DNA of 64,000 nucleotides from Candidatus Hydrogenedens sp. (GCA_049968235.1 JBMFRC010000012.1:1-64000); one strand, 5' to 3'; positions 49,612 to 60,901 are shown, numbered from the stretch's first letter. Made by a program: numbers and translations. Notes: generated by a model not told the origin, from the sequence alone.

Positions 49612-50865
49612 ATGCTTAGAGCATCACCAAAATCATTTCGACTGCATATTGGTTTTTTTGGTAGAAGGAATGTTGGAAAATCCAGTTTACTTAATGCAAT
49701 TACACGACAAAATGTCTCAATTGTTTCTGAATCCGCAGGAACCACAACAGACCCCGTGGAAAAACCTATGGAACTACTACCTTTAGGTCCTGTTCTATTC
49801 ATTGATACTGCGGGCATTGATGATATAGGTGCTTTAGGAGAATTACGGATACAAAAAACAAGACAAATTTTTGACCGAACCGATGTTGCGGTTGTTGTTA
49901 CAGAAGCCGGTATATGGGGAGAATTTGAGGAAGGCTTGTGTAATGAGTTTAAGTCAAGAAATGTTCCTATCGTAGTTGTGTTTAACAAAGTGGACCTGCA
50001 TGAACCTGATGAAACATTGTGTAATAGGTTGAAAAATGAGAAAATTCTATATGTAAAGACTATTGCATCAAAGCAGGATGGTATTAGTGAACTCAAAAAT
50101 GCACTTATTTCTTCAGCCCCCGATGATTTTATAAATAGTCCAACGATTTTAGGAGATTTGGTAGCTCCTGGTGAATTGGCTGTGCTTGTCGTGCCTATAG
50201 ATAAAGAAGCACCTAAAGGAAGACTTATTATGCCTCAGGTTCAATCCATCCGTGATTTGTTAGATAACGATGCTATGTGTGTTGTCGTAAAAGAAAGAGA
50301 ACTCCGGCGAATTTTAGAACAATTAAAAATTCTTCCAAAGATTGTTGTTACTGATTCCCAGGCATTCTTAAAAGTCGTCGCAGATACTCCTTCCAATGTA
50401 TGGGTTACAAGTTTTTCAATATTATTTTCAAGATTCCGCGGAGATTTAATTACACAGGTGGAAGGAACACTTGCTATCGAATCATTGAAACCCGGAGATA
50501 AAATACTTATTGCAGAATCATGCTCGCATCACCCTATTGCCGATGATATAGGAAGGGTTAAAATACCAAGATGGTTAATGCAATATATCGGTGGAAAATT
50601 AGAATTTGATACTGTTCAGGGAAATGATTTTTTTTCAGATTTAACAAAATATAAAATGGTTATACACTGTGGAGCATGCACACTCAATCGCCGTGCTATG
50701 TTAAATCGTATTATGCATTGCAAAAAACAAGGGATACCAATAAGTAATTACGGGTTAACTATAGCCTATTCTTTAGGTATCCTCGAAAGGGCATTAGAAC
50801 CATTCCCATCCGCATTGGAAATATATAAACAGAAAACAACAAAAAAGTTGCAAAACATTAAATAA
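49612..50865 (+). CDS. hydF: [FeFe]-hydrogenase maturation GTPase/scaffold HydF
   Basis: The P-loop is GRRNVGKSSLLN with NKVD alongside. The C-terminal Fe-S motif is CSHHP...HCGACT (CxHx~50HCxxC). Confidence 0.85.
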   Translation: MLRASPKSFRLHIGFFGRRNVGKSSLLNAITRQNVSIVSESAGTTTDPVEKPMELLPLGPVLFIDTAGIDDIGALGELRIQKTRQIFDRTDVAVVVTEAGIWGEFEEGLCNEFKSRNVPIVVVFNKVDLHEPDETLCNRLKNEKILYVKTIASKQDGISELKNALISSAPDDFINSPTILGDLVAPGELAVLVVPIDKEAPKGRLIMPQVQSIRDLLDNDAMCVVVKERELRRILEQLKILPKIVVTDSQAFLKVVADTPSNVWVTSFSILFSRFRGDLITQVEGTLAIESLKPGDKILIAESCSHHPIADDIGRVKIPRWLMQYIGGKLEFDTVQGNDFFSDLTKYKMVIHCGACTLNRRAMLNRIMHCKKQGIPISNYGLTIAYSLGILERALEPFPSALEIYKQKTTKKLQNIK

Positions 50866-50873
50866 AATAAAAC

Positions 50874-51926
50874 ATGGATAAAAAAAATATTATTAATTGG
50901 CTTCGTGAAAAAAACGAAGATAAATTAAACGAACTATGGGAATTGGCGGATTCTATCCGCAGTAAATATGTAGGAGAAGAGGTGCATCTTCGAGGTTTGA
51001 TAGAAATATCAAACTATTGCAAAAAAAACTGTCTATACTGTGGAATACGAATTTCTAATAGAAAATTAACCCGATATAGAATGGAAGACAGCGAGATTTT
51101 GGAATGTGTGGAATTTGCCAAAAGAAATGGCTATGGAACAATAGTCCTTCAATCCGGCGAAGACCCCGATTTTACAAAAGAAAAAATCGCCGAATTAATT
51201 AGAAAAATAAAAGAAAATGCAAATGTGGCTATTACATTAAGTTTAGGAGAGCAGGAAAAACACACATTAGAATTATGGAAATCTGCCGGAGCCAATCGTT
51301 ATCTTCTTCGTTTTGAAACCTCAGATGAAATCCTATTTAAAAGAATCCATTCGTCAGAACAAGCAAAAAGTTTAGAGAATAGAATTAAACAACTAAAAAT
51401 ACTTAAACAATTAGGCTACGAAGCAGGAAGTGGGATAATGATTGGAATACCCTATCAAACTTATGAAAGCATCGCTAATGATATCCTACTTTTCAAACAA
51501 TTAGACCTTGATATGATAGGAATAGGACCATACATTCCTCATCCCGATACACCTTTAGGACAGGAATATCTTAATAAATATAAAAAAGATGATGAAAAAT
51601 TTGTCCCAAACACAGAATTAATGACATATAAAGTCCTTGCATTAACCCGAATTATATGTCCAACCGTAAACATTCCTGCCACCACTGCCCTTGCAACTGT
51701 GAATACACGAGAAGGTCGCATTTTAGCCCTGAAGAGGGGAGCCAATGTTATCATGCCGAATCTCACTCCACCAAAATATAAAAAATTGTATGAAATTTAT
51801 CCAGGTAAATCGTCTGCTGATGAACCTCCAGAAATTATTCATCAAAGTATAATGAAGATTATAGAAAAGGCAGGAAGAAAAGTAGGAACAGGGATGGGAA
51901 ATCGCAAAAAAATCATAGATATTTAA
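50874..51926 (+). CDS. hydE: [FeFe]-hydrogenase maturase HydE (radical SAM, BioB-like)
   Basis: The radical SAM motif is CKKNCLYC. It is ~350 aa, and the TIM-barrel radical SAM core resembles BioB/HydE. Confidence 0.85.
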   Translation: MDKKNIINWLREKNEDKLNELWELADSIRSKYVGEEVHLRGLIEISNYCKKNCLYCGIRISNRKLTRYRMEDSEILECVEFAKRNGYGTIVLQSGEDPDFTKEKIAELIRKIKENANVAITLSLGEQEKHTLELWKSAGANRYLLRFETSDEILFKRIHSSEQAKSLENRIKQLKILKQLGYEAGSGIMIGIPYQTYESIANDILLFKQLDLDMIGIGPYIPHPDTPLGQEYLNKYKKDDEKFVPNTELMTYKVLALTRIICPTVNIPATTALATVNTREGRILALKRGANVIMPNLTPPKYKKLYEIYPGKSSADEPPEIIHQSIMKIIEKAGRKVGTGMGNRKKIIDI

Positions 51927-52553
51927 TATAAACATATATTGATTAATCAGCAAAAAATAATTGCTAACATTCAATAGAATATCTTTCTACGTAACACAAA
52001 CGCCCTACCTGTTTTTTTTAATGTTCAATTCTTTCCTCCATATCCTCTGTGATTCATTTATTTTCCAAATGTAAGTGTAGTGGGAGCATCCCTGCTCCCT
52101 TAAAAAAATAAACATTGATATGCAATCTATCCATTTGGTAGCAAGGATAAGTCTGTTACATACATTCACTCTTCAGGGCAGACGCATGGGTCTGCTACTA
52201 CAAATAATTCCTCACGGGCAGGAGTGCCTATGGTAATTTATAAGACATAATTTTTTTTAAGTTGTTAGGAATATCTGTGTTCTTTTTAAGATTAAATTGT
52301 CTCAAAACTTTATTCTTCATCTTTTATACATCTACATCCTCCACATAAAGAATTATGCCAAGAAATACGCAAATTGTAATATATGAATTACAGAAGAGCT
52401 TTGGACATAAAGGATAAAGAGAATTTATGGATAGATAACAAGGTAATTTATAAAAGGAAAGATATGATTAAAGTTTGTTATAATATTACCCCTTCTTGAT
52501 GAAATAAAATTGTAAAGAGTAAGATTATATTTATAAATAAGAAAGGAAATGCA

Positions 52554-53966
52554 ATGCCAAAAAACATTTATGAAAAGATATGGGATGCACATTTGGTTCA
52601 TACACCTGATGACCAGGACCCTATTATCTATATCGACAGGCACTATATCCATGAAGTAACATCACCGCAAGCATTTGAAGGACTAAGAATTACTGGTAGA
52701 AAAGTGCGTCGTCCTGATTTGACTTTTGCTACGATGGACCATAATATACCGACAACGAATCGTGATAAACCGATTGCAGACCCGATGTCTGCGTTACAGG
52801 TAGAGACATTAAAAAATAATTGCAAGGAATTTGGTATCCAGTGTTTTGATATGTATGACCCACGAAATGGGATAGTTCATGTTGTGGGTCCGGAGTTAGG
52901 ATTAACACAACCAGGGATGACGATTGTTTGTGGAGATTCTCATACTTCAACACACGGTGCTTTTGGTGCACTTGCGTTTGGTATTGGAACAAGTGAAGTG
53001 GAGCATGTCCTTGCTACGCAAACATTATTGCAAAGAAAATCTAAGACAATGGAAATTCGTATCACAGGCAAACTACCTATAGGTGTTACTGCAAAAGACC
53101 TTATTATGCATATTATCGGGAAAATAGGAACAGATGGTGGCACGGGTTATGTAATTGAATACACAGGAGAAGTTGTTAGAAACCTTTCTATGGAAGGTCG
53201 TATGACTTTGTGCAATATGACCATAGAGGCAGGTGCACGAGCAGGGCTAATTTCTCCTGATGAGACGACTGTGAAATATTTATTAGGAAGACCTTATATT
53301 CCAAAACATATCCCCGAAGAAGAACTGATAAAACTCTGGTTGTCATGGGCATCTGACTCTGGCTGTTCTTATGATAAAACAATAATTATTAATGCTAAGG
53401 ATGTAGAACCGCAAGTAACATGGGGAACATCTCCCGAAATGGTTGCTCCTATTTCAGGCAGAGTTCCTGTGTTAAATGAGATACAGGATACAAACCGCAG
53501 AAATGCGGTTAACAAAGCCCTCCAATATATGGGTCTTGAAGAAGGAACTCCTATCGAAGCCATCGAAGTCGATAAGATATTTATTGGTTCCTGTACAAAT
53601 GGAAGAATTGAAGATTTACGAGAAGTGGCAAAAGTTGTGAAGGGTTATAAAGTTAACCAAAGAATAAAGCAGGCAATAATTGTTCCAGGTTCGATGTTAG
53701 TAAAGGGACAAGCAGAACAGGAAGGATTACACAATATTTTTATAGAAGCAGGTTTTGAATGGAGAGAACCAGGTTGCTCCATGTGCCTCGCAATGAACGA
53801 TGACCGATTAAATCCGGGGGAACGTTGTGCCTCCACTTCAAATCGTAACTTTGAAGGTCGTCAAGGTAAAGGAGGACGCACACACCTTGTTAGTCCAGCC
53901 ATGGCTGGAGCCTGTGCTATTACTGGACATTTCGTTGATATTCGCAAATGGAAATTTAATGAATAA
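52554..53966 (+). CDS. leuC: 3-isopropylmalate dehydratase large subunit
   Basis: The aconitase-family Fe-S ligand motifs GSCTNGR and CSMCLAMN are present. The 470-aa size and adjacency to leuD fit. Confidence 0.88.
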   Translation: MPKNIYEKIWDAHLVHTPDDQDPIIYIDRHYIHEVTSPQAFEGLRITGRKVRRPDLTFATMDHNIPTTNRDKPIADPMSALQVETLKNNCKEFGIQCFDMYDPRNGIVHVVGPELGLTQPGMTIVCGDSHTSTHGAFGALAFGIGTSEVEHVLATQTLLQRKSKTMEIRITGKLPIGVTAKDLIMHIIGKIGTDGGTGYVIEYTGEVVRNLSMEGRMTLCNMTIEAGARAGLISPDETTVKYLLGRPYIPKHIPEEELIKLWLSWASDSGCSYDKTIIINAKDVEPQVTWGTSPEMVAPISGRVPVLNEIQDTNRRNAVNKALQYMGLEEGTPIEAIEVDKIFIGSCTNGRIEDLREVAKVVKGYKVNQRIKQAIIVPGSMLVKGQAEQEGLHNIFIEAGFEWREPGCSMCLAMNDDRLNPGERCASTSNRNFEGRQGKGGRTHLVSPAMAGACAITGHFVDIRKWKFNE

Positions 53967-53980
53967 AAGGAGATAGAACA

Positions 53981-54580
53981 GTGGAGAAATTTACTGTATT
54001 AAAAGGAATTGTCGCACCTTTAGATGCGAGAAATGTGGATACAGACCAGATAGTTCCGAAACAATTTTTGAAACGAATACAGAGAACAGGTTATGAAGAT
54101 GTCCTTTTTTATGATTGGCGTTATCTCAATGATGGGAAAACACTCAATCCGCAATTTGAGATGAACGCACTACGTTATAAAGGTGCTACTATTTTATTGA
54201 CACGTGACAATTTCGGTTGTGGTTCATCACGCGAGCATGCACCATGGGCATTAAAAGATTATGGTTTCCGTTGTATTCTGGCTATTTCATTTGCTGATAT
54301 TTTTTACAATAATTGTTTTAACAATGGAATTTTACCCATTACTCTTTCTCTGGAAGTTATTGAACAACTTTTTATAGAAGTTCGTTCGCAAGAAAATTAT
54401 ATGTTAGAAATAGATTTAGTAAATCAATTAATTACAAAACCGGATGGAAAACAGATTCATTTTGACATCCATTCGTTTCTTAAAGAGCGTTTATTAAATG
54501 GATGGGACCAGATAGGTCTTACATTACGATATGAACAATTAATAAGCGAATTTGAACAAAAGCATCCACTGAAATTGTGA
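53981..54580 (+). CDS. leuD: 3-isopropylmalate dehydratase small subunit
   Basis: The sequence has [16 protein letters not shown]...[13 protein letters not shown]. Confidence 0.88.
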   Translation: MEKFTVLKGIVAPLDARNVDTDQIVPKQFLKRIQRTGYEDVLFYDWRYLNDGKTLNPQFEMNALRYKGATILLTRDNFGCGSSREHAPWALKDYGFRCILAISFADIFYNNCFNNGILPITLSLEVIEQLFIEVRSQENYMLEIDLVNQLITKPDGKQIHFDIHSFLKERLLNGWDQIGLTLRYEQLISEFEQKHPLKL

Positions 54581-54610
54581 AAAACATGATTTAAGAAAGG
54601 AGAAAGGAAC

Positions 54611-54910
54611 ATGCCTTTATACACATATCAGGTAATTCACAAAGATGGTAGCGAAGGTGAGATTATCGAGGTGTTTCAAAAGGCAGGTGAGCCTCCTTTA
54701 CAATTTCATCCACAAACAGGCGAAAAAGTAATTCGGATATTTAAGCCTGCACATATTGCAGGTTGGGCTAATGAACGGATGGCAAAACAAATGTTAAGTG
54801 ACAAAAACCTTGCTGAAAAAGGTTTTGCAAAGTATGTTCGCTCAGGTAAAGGTTATTATGAAAAGACAACAGGAAAAGAAGGACCCCCAACAATCAATAT
54901 AAATGACTGA
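54611..54910 (+). CDS. Hypothetical protein with an FmdB-like N-terminal pattern but lacking the zinc-ribbon cysteines
   Basis: MPLYTYQVIHKDG...HPQTGE follows the MPxYxYxCxxCG...CPxCG pattern with all four Cys replaced. Confidence 0.4.
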   Translation: MPLYTYQVIHKDGSEGEIIEVFQKAGEPPLQFHPQTGEKVIRIFKPAHIAGWANERMAKQMLSDKNLAEKGFAKYVRSGKGYYEKTTGKEGPPTININD

Positions 54911-54989
54911 TACTGAGTTTGATTATACACATATTACTTTTATATGCTTTATTAAAATCTACATGAATACCAATTTAGGAGGATAAAGA

Positions 54990-55493
54990 ATGAAAAGTAT
55001 AAAAAGATATTTTTCAACAGTAGTAATTATAATGTTGCTTTCTACTTTACTAATGTCTTTGGGATGTGGTTCTATGCCATGGAAAAAGAAAAATGAGCAA
55101 CCTCCTCCTGTCGAATTATTAGATGAAACAAAAACGGAAAACACAAACACATTACCGGGAGAAGGTACTACTCTTGTTCCGGGACCACAACGATTTAAAG
55201 ATGTTCCATTACCGGATAAAGTAAAAGAAGATTTTGACCGCTCTTATGTCTATGAATCAAGCACATTACAGGTAGGCAGGATGGTGTATTCTATTCGTGC
55301 CGATGCCAATGATGTAGCACAATTTTATGTAAAAGAATGTCCCAAATATGGTTGGAAATTAGATAATGTAATACAAGGTGATGGAGTGCAGTTAAATTAT
55401 TCTAAAGAAGGTAAAAAATTACAGGTAAATGTTCGACCTCAGGGAATTGGAAGACCCAAACAGTTAGTTTTAATTTTAACACCGTCAGAATAA
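54990..55493 (+). CDS. Hypothetical lipoprotein
   Basis: It has a signal peptide with an LGCGS lipobox. No recognised catalytic motif is present. Confidence 0.45.
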   Translation: MKSIKRYFSTVVIIMLLSTLLMSLGCGSMPWKKKNEQPPPVELLDETKTENTNTLPGEGTTLVPGPQRFKDVPLPDKVKEDFDRSYVYESSTLQVGRMVYSIRADANDVAQFYVKECPKYGWKLDNVIQGDGVQLNYSKEGKKLQVNVRPQGIGRPKQLVLILTPSE

Positions 55494-55503
55494 AATTACT
55501 TCG

Positions 55504-56013
55504 ATGAAAATAATAAGAAATAGAAAATTAAGAGAATCATATTTTAAAGGTGTTCTATTTGTTTTTTCTTTACAATTATCTCTTTTTCTTTTCTCCTGTG
55601 GAACCATAAAAAAAATAGATATTCCTCTTATAAATAGAAATTCTTCTACGGAGCAGGAAAAAATCGCTACCATTTTAGATACAGTAGAAAAACTAATAGA
55701 GCGGAAACAGGTAAAAAAAATAATGGTTTATGTTTCTCTTGAATATCGAGATGAACAAAATCGAAAATATAATGATATTAGAGAATATCTTCAAAGTATA
55801 GTTAGAGATTACAGAGTAATTCGAATTACAAGAGCAACTCCGGATATAAAAATAGACGGGAACACTGCAACGGTTATAGATACCTTTGGAACAGTTGCAG
55901 AACCTTATGACCCGGTTCAAGGCGTTCCTGTGAATGTGCAGGGTAAAGTTATTATTTCCCTGCAAAAAGAGCCTGATGGCTGGAAAATTAAATCGTGGAG
56001 TCCACTTTTGTAA
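55504..56013 (+). CDS. Hypothetical lipoprotein (SnoaL/NTF2-like fold suspected)
   Basis: It has a signal peptide with an FSCGT lipobox. The C-terminal segment is beta-rich. Confidence 0.4.
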   Translation: MKIIRNRKLRESYFKGVLFVFSLQLSLFLFSCGTIKKIDIPLINRNSSTEQEKIATILDTVEKLIERKQVKKIMVYVSLEYRDEQNRKYNDIREYLQSIVRDYRVIRITRATPDIKIDGNTATVIDTFGTVAEPYDPVQGVPVNVQGKVIISLQKEPDGWKIKSWSPLL

Positions 56014-56084
56014 TTTTATTCTGACCACTCTTAATTATTATAATCCATAACCTTAGAAACAATAAAAGAAGGGAATTTGTATCT

Positions 56085-56906
56085 ATGCCTATTCGCAGAC
56101 AGAAAAAAAGAAAAACGGAAGTAAAAGACATTATACCCAACATTGATGAACCCAAGAATCAACTACTTCTTTGGTGGTCACACATTAGAGAAAACTTATA
56201 TTTATATATCTTTTCAACATTGTTTATCCTTTTATGTGTTGTAATAGGGCTAATTTATGGTTCATACAATAATTGGAAAAGTAAGGACATTATGACCCGC
56301 TATGCCAGTGCTGTCCTTAAAGAAGATTTACAGGAAAAATTAGATGCTCTAAAACCTCTTGTGGATACAAATTCATCGTTAACCCCAGAAATTCTTTATG
56401 TTTACGCAGAGACTGCTTTTACATTGGGAAAAATTGATGAAGCGGAGACTATATGGAAAAAACTTTGTGATAAATACCCTCAGTCCGAATGGGTTCCCAA
56501 TGCAAAAGAAGGACTGGGCTATTTAGAAGAATTAAGAAAGAATTATGATAATGCTATAAATATTTACAGAGAAATAAAAGAAAAATGGGGTAATTCGTTT
56601 ATAGCAAAAAGACAATCTTTTAATATTGGACGGGTGTTAGAAGCAAAACAAGATTTACAAGGTGCTATAGAAGCATATAAAAAACAAGAAGAGGAATTCC
56701 CTGAATCATCAATTGGAAACAAGGCAAAATCGGCTCTTGAAAAAATAAAAAGTGAACACCCGGAACTATTTCCTGAGGAAAAGAAAGAAGAAACCCCACA
56801 AGATACAACAAAGAAAGAGTTAAAAGAAAATACTGCCAGTTTACCAGCAGATACTACTACAAAAGAACAAGAAAATACTCCACCTCCACAACAAAATCAG
56901 CAATAA
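56085..56906 (+). CDS. Membrane-anchored TPR-repeat protein (YbgF/CpoB-like) with a low-complexity C-terminal tail
   Basis: It has one TM segment. Repeated ...YPQSEW / ...FPESS TPR-type motifs are present. The tail is rich in T/E/K/Q/P. Confidence 0.55.
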   Translation: MPIRRQKKRKTEVKDIIPNIDEPKNQLLLWWSHIRENLYLYIFSTLFILLCVVIGLIYGSYNNWKSKDIMTRYASAVLKEDLQEKLDALKPLVDTNSSLTPEILYVYAETAFTLGKIDEAETIWKKLCDKYPQSEWVPNAKEGLGYLEELRKNYDNAINIYREIKEKWGNSFIAKRQSFNIGRVLEAKQDLQGAIEAYKKQEEEFPESSIGNKAKSALEKIKSEHPELFPEEKKEETPQDTTKKELKENTASLPADTTTKEQENTPPPQQNQQ

Positions 56907-56967
56907 AATTAATTTTTCAATATAATCTACATTAAATAAAAACATATCATCAGGGGTCTTTACGATT

Positions 56968-59769
56968 ATGAATCAAGAGAAAAAAACTATTCATGTAGTT
57001 GTCAACACACATTGGGATAGAGAATGGGTTTATCCATTTGAAGAAACGCGATTATTATTGGTTGAGTTTATGGACCAATTAATCCAAATTTTAAAAAATG
57101 ACTCGGATTTCCATTCTTTTACATTGGATTCACAAACGGTGTGTCTTGAAGATTATCTCGAATTGAGACCTGAGAAAAGAGAAGATATTGTAACCTTGGT
57201 TAAATCTGGAAAACTTATAATCGGTCCGTGGTATTCTCTGCCAGAAGAATTTATTGTTAATGGCGAATCATTAGTTCGTAATCTATTAATTGGGCATCGT
57301 GTCGCTCAATCTTTCGGAAAAGTTTCAAAAATTGGATATACTCCTTTCAGTTATGGGCAAACTTCTCAAATGCCACAAATTTATAACGGGTTTGGTATAG
57401 ATACCATTATTTTTTATCGCGGGATTAATACCCCTAAAAGCGAATTTATTTTTGAAGGAGCCGATGGTTCAAGATTATTAGGGATGCGCTTTGGGTGTTT
57501 GAGTCGTTTTAGTTATTACATTTATGTTTATAGAGTGTTGCGATACGGTTCAGACGATGTTTATGCTTTTTATAATTGGGATAGGGGGGCTGGTCCTTTC
57601 CGTCTTGCCTCATCTAACAGACCTCGGGCTCATTATTATATTACAGACCCTTCCAACAAAATGTGGAATGTAGAACCCATTCGGGAACAACTACAGAAAT
57701 TAATTAAAGATGAGTCCCAACATTTCACTACGCCTCATATATGTTGTATGGAAGGGTTTGATAGTTCAGCACCGGATGAAAAAGAGTCCGAAATTATTAA
57801 ATTATGTCAAAAACTTCTAACAGACCATGAAATTCGTCTATCAAATTTAGAAGAATTTATGAACGCAATGCGTAAATATGTAAAAAATCCCCCAGTAATT
57901 TATGGGGAAAGTAGAGACCCGGGAGCAACAGGGAAATGGACACACCTTATGGGAGATGTTATTAGTGCCCGATTCCGTGTTAAAAAGGCAAACCACCAAT
58001 CGGAGATGATTTTACAAAGGGGAGCGGAACCTTGGTGTGCCATATCAAATATATTAGGTAAAGAATATTTTAGAAGTGCATTGACAAGAGCATGGAAACT
58101 TTTACTACAAAATCATCCCCACGACACAATCACAGGTGGTGGTATAGACCAGATGGAAAAAGATGCTATATCAAGAGCAGAGCAAGTGTCTATTATAAGT
58201 GATGGACTAATGCGTCGAGCACTTCAGCATGTTTATTCCCGTATTAATTTATCTGATATATCACCTAAAGAAAGTGTTCTGGTTGTTTTTAACTCAAGTC
58301 CTTTTGAGCGACAACAAGTCATATCCACATATATTGATATACCAGATAATATGGGTTATGAATCATTCCAGATTATAAATCCAGATACTAACACACCATG
58401 TAAGTTACAAATACAACAACAATTTGAAACAGGGACACTTGTAAGAAATCTTCAGGATATTTCTATTGAATTGAGGTCAAAACGATTCTTAACTTATATA
58501 GATGTGGGAAATATACCAGCATTAGGTTATAAAACTTTCTATATTAAGCCTGCTGAAGATACGCCCGTTACGGAGGACAACAATATCTATAAATCTCCAT
58601 TTATACTTGAAAATGAATACCTTTTAGTTTCTTTTAATAATGATGGAACTTTTGACCTTCTAAACAAAGAAACAAATGATAAGTTTTATAATTTGCATTA
58701 TTTTGAGGATACCGGAGAAACAGGACATTCTTGGATACACATGGAACCTGATGAAAATGAAACGATATATTCTCATGGAAGCCCTGCTAAATTTGTTGTA
58801 GAAGTTACGGGTCCCTTATTATCTCGTGTTAGAGTTGATTATGTGTTAATGATACCATCCGGTCTTGAAAGAGATATAACCGAATTGGACAGAGAAGCAG
58901 AGAAAAATCATACGCAAAGAAAAAAAGAAAAAGTAGCATTAGAAATTTCAAGTTATTTTACTTTAAGAAAAGGTAGTCGTCAATTAGAAATTATCACAAA
59001 AGTAAAAAATAATGCTAAAAACCACCGATTAAGAGTTATATTCCCTACAGGTATAAAAAAAGCGACACATAGTTTTGCAGAAGTTGCGTATGATGTCGTT
59101 AAAAGACCTATTCATATTTCTCCGGAGAATCCCTATTACGGTAAGCCAAATCCCCAATACCCGATGCATCGTTTTGTAGATGTATCAGACGAAAGGATGG
59201 GGCTTGCAATATTAAATAACTCGGGGTTAAGAGAATATGAAGTTATGGATGAACCTATACATCCAGTTGCCATAACACTTTTCCGTGCATTTACATTCAG
59301 AAATGCACCTATTTTCGGAAGGTGGGATGTCTATCCGGAAATGGAATTATCTCAGTGTTTAGGAGAACTTGAGTTTTCTTACGCTGTTTACCCACACAAA
59401 GGAAACTGGGAAAATGGTGTTATTAAGGAAGCGGAAAAACTAAATGTAAACTTAGAACCTGTTCAGGCAGGTCCAATAAAAGGAGGTTCATTGCCTCTAT
59501 CCTATAGTTTTATAGAGATAGAAGGAAGTAATTTACAGGTTAATGCCATAAAAATAGCAGAAGATAAAGAGAAAACTTTGATTGTAAGATTCTTTAATCC
59601 TTCGGATAAAGAAGTGATAAGCACTATAAAATTCGGTTTTCCTGTGCAAAGTATATGGATGACAAATTTGAATGAAGAAGCAATCAAAAAAATCTCAGAA
59701 AAGGAACAAACAGTAGAAATAAAAATTAAAGCGAAAAAGATAATTACTTTAGCGATTGAATTTATTTAA
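56968..59769 (+). CDS. Glycoside hydrolase family 38 alpha-mannosidase-like protein
   Basis: The N-terminus VVNTHWDREWVYPFEE is the GH38 HxHxDxxW-type metal site. The protein is ~930 aa. Confidence 0.82.
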   Translation: MNQEKKTIHVVVNTHWDREWVYPFEETRLLLVEFMDQLIQILKNDSDFHSFTLDSQTVCLEDYLELRPEKREDIVTLVKSGKLIIGPWYSLPEEFIVNGESLVRNLLIGHRVAQSFGKVSKIGYTPFSYGQTSQMPQIYNGFGIDTIIFYRGINTPKSEFIFEGADGSRLLGMRFGCLSRFSYYIYVYRVLRYGSDDVYAFYNWDRGAGPFRLASSNRPRAHYYITDPSNKMWNVEPIREQLQKLIKDESQHFTTPHICCMEGFDSSAPDEKESEIIKLCQKLLTDHEIRLSNLEEFMNAMRKYVKNPPVIYGESRDPGATGKWTHLMGDVISARFRVKKANHQSEMILQRGAEPWCAISNILGKEYFRSALTRAWKLLLQNHPHDTITGGGIDQMEKDAISRAEQVSIISDGLMRRALQHVYSRINLSDISPKESVLVVFNSSPFERQQVISTYIDIPDNMGYESFQIINPDTNTPCKLQIQQQFETGTLVRNLQDISIELRSKRFLTYIDVGNIPALGYKTFYIKPAEDTPVTEDNNIYKSPFILENEYLLVSFNNDGTFDLLNKETNDKFYNLHYFEDTGETGHSWIHMEPDENETIYSHGSPAKFVVEVTGPLLSRVRVDYVLMIPSGLERDITELDREAEKNHTQRKKEKVALEISSYFTLRKGSRQLEIITKVKNNAKNHRLRVIFPTGIKKATHSFAEVAYDVVKRPIHISPENPYYGKPNPQYPMHRFVDVSDERMGLAILNNSGLREYEVMDEPIHPVAITLFRAFTFRNAPIFGRWDVYPEMELSQCLGELEFSYAVYPHKGNWENGVIKEAEKLNVNLEPVQAGPIKGGSLPLSYSFIEIEGSNLQVNAIKIAEDKEKTLIVRFFNPSDKEVISTIKFGFPVQSIWMTNLNEEAIKKISEKEQTVEIKIKAKKIITLAIEFI

Positions 59770-59780
59770 TAAAGATATTA

Positions 59781-60881
59781 TTATCCAACTTCTACCTTTT
59801 CGGTGATATTCAAACAGTTTAATATTTCCTTTTCATTCGGTTCTACGGTAATGGGCTGTTCAGCCACAGCAACGGCATTATCTGGGTCTTTCAACCCATG
59901 TCCAGTTAATATACAAACAATTTGCAGTTTCTCGGAGGCAAAAGGTTTCTGATTATCAAAATATCCATTTTCTGCAAGTTTAATAACTCCTGCAATACTT
60001 GCAGCACTTGCAGGTTCTACAAAAACGCCCTCAGTTCGCGCTAATAATTTATAAGCATTGCGAATTTGCTGGTCGGTAACCATTCCAATAACGCCACCCG
60101 ACTCATCCCTTGCGTTTTCTGCACCTTTCCAACTTGCGGGATTCCCTATACGAATAGCCGTTGCAAATGTTTGAGGATTTTCAACAGGATGTCCGAGGAC
60201 AATGGGTGCAGAACCTGAAGCTTGAAATCCTAACATTTTAGGTAAGTTTTTTGACCTTCCTGCTTGATAATATTCTTTATATCCTTTCCAATATGCCGTT
60301 ATATTCCCTGCATTACCTACGGGCATACATTGAAAATCAGGAGCAAAACCATTAAAAGAGTCAACTATTTCAAAAGCACCTGTTTTTTGTCCTTCAATAC
60401 GGTAGGGATTTACAGAATTTACAAGTGCTATGGGGTGGTCATTACATATTTTACGTACCAATCGTAACGCATCATCAAAGTTCCCTTTTATCTGTATAAC
60501 TTTTGCTCCATGTATCATGGCTTGTGATAATTTACCCAGAGCAATTTTCCCTTCAGGTATTAGAACTGCACATTGAAGTCCTGCCCGTGCTGAATATGCT
60601 GCTGCAGAAGCAGATGTATTTCCGGTGGACGCACACATAACTACTTTGTACCCCTCCTCTCTGGCTTTTGTAACTGCAACCGTCATACCTCTATCTTTAA
60701 ATGAGCCTGTTGGGTTCATGCCTTCATATTTTAACCAGATATTTATATGAGGGTGTATCGCAGAACTTAATGCAGGAGCCTGGATTAAAGGAGTTCCACC
60801 TTCATTTAAGGTAACAATGGGTGTGTTAATTCCTACGGGTAGAAATTCACGATAGCGTTCAATGATACCGATGTTTTGCAT
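59781..60881 (-). CDS. thrC: Threonine synthase
   Basis: The PLP site reads [15 protein letters not shown]. Confidence 0.88.
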   Translation of the reverse strand: MQNIGIIERYREFLPVGINTPIVTLNEGGTPLIQAPALSSAIHPHINIWLKYEGMNPTGSFKDRGMTVAVTKAREEGYKVVMCASTGNTSASAAAYSARAGLQCAVLIPEGKIALGKLSQAMIHGAKVIQIKGNFDDALRLVRKICNDHPIALVNSVNPYRIEGQKTGAFEIVDSFNGFAPDFQCMPVGNAGNITAYWKGYKEYYQAGRSKNLPKMLGFQASGSAPIVLGHPVENPQTFATAIRIGNPASWKGAENARDESGGVIGMVTDQQIRNAYKLLARTEGVFVEPASAASIAGVIKLAENGYFDNQKPFASEKLQIVCILTGHGLKDPDNAVAVAEQPITVEPNEKEILNCLNITEKVEVG

Positions 60882-60901
60882 AAAATTACTCCATTATATA
60901 T

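Noticed and set aside
52425-52652. 75-aa minus-strand ORF overlapping the leuC start
   Set aside because: It is low-complexity and Ile/Asn/Phe-rich, has no RBS and overlaps a confident CDS. It is likely spurious.
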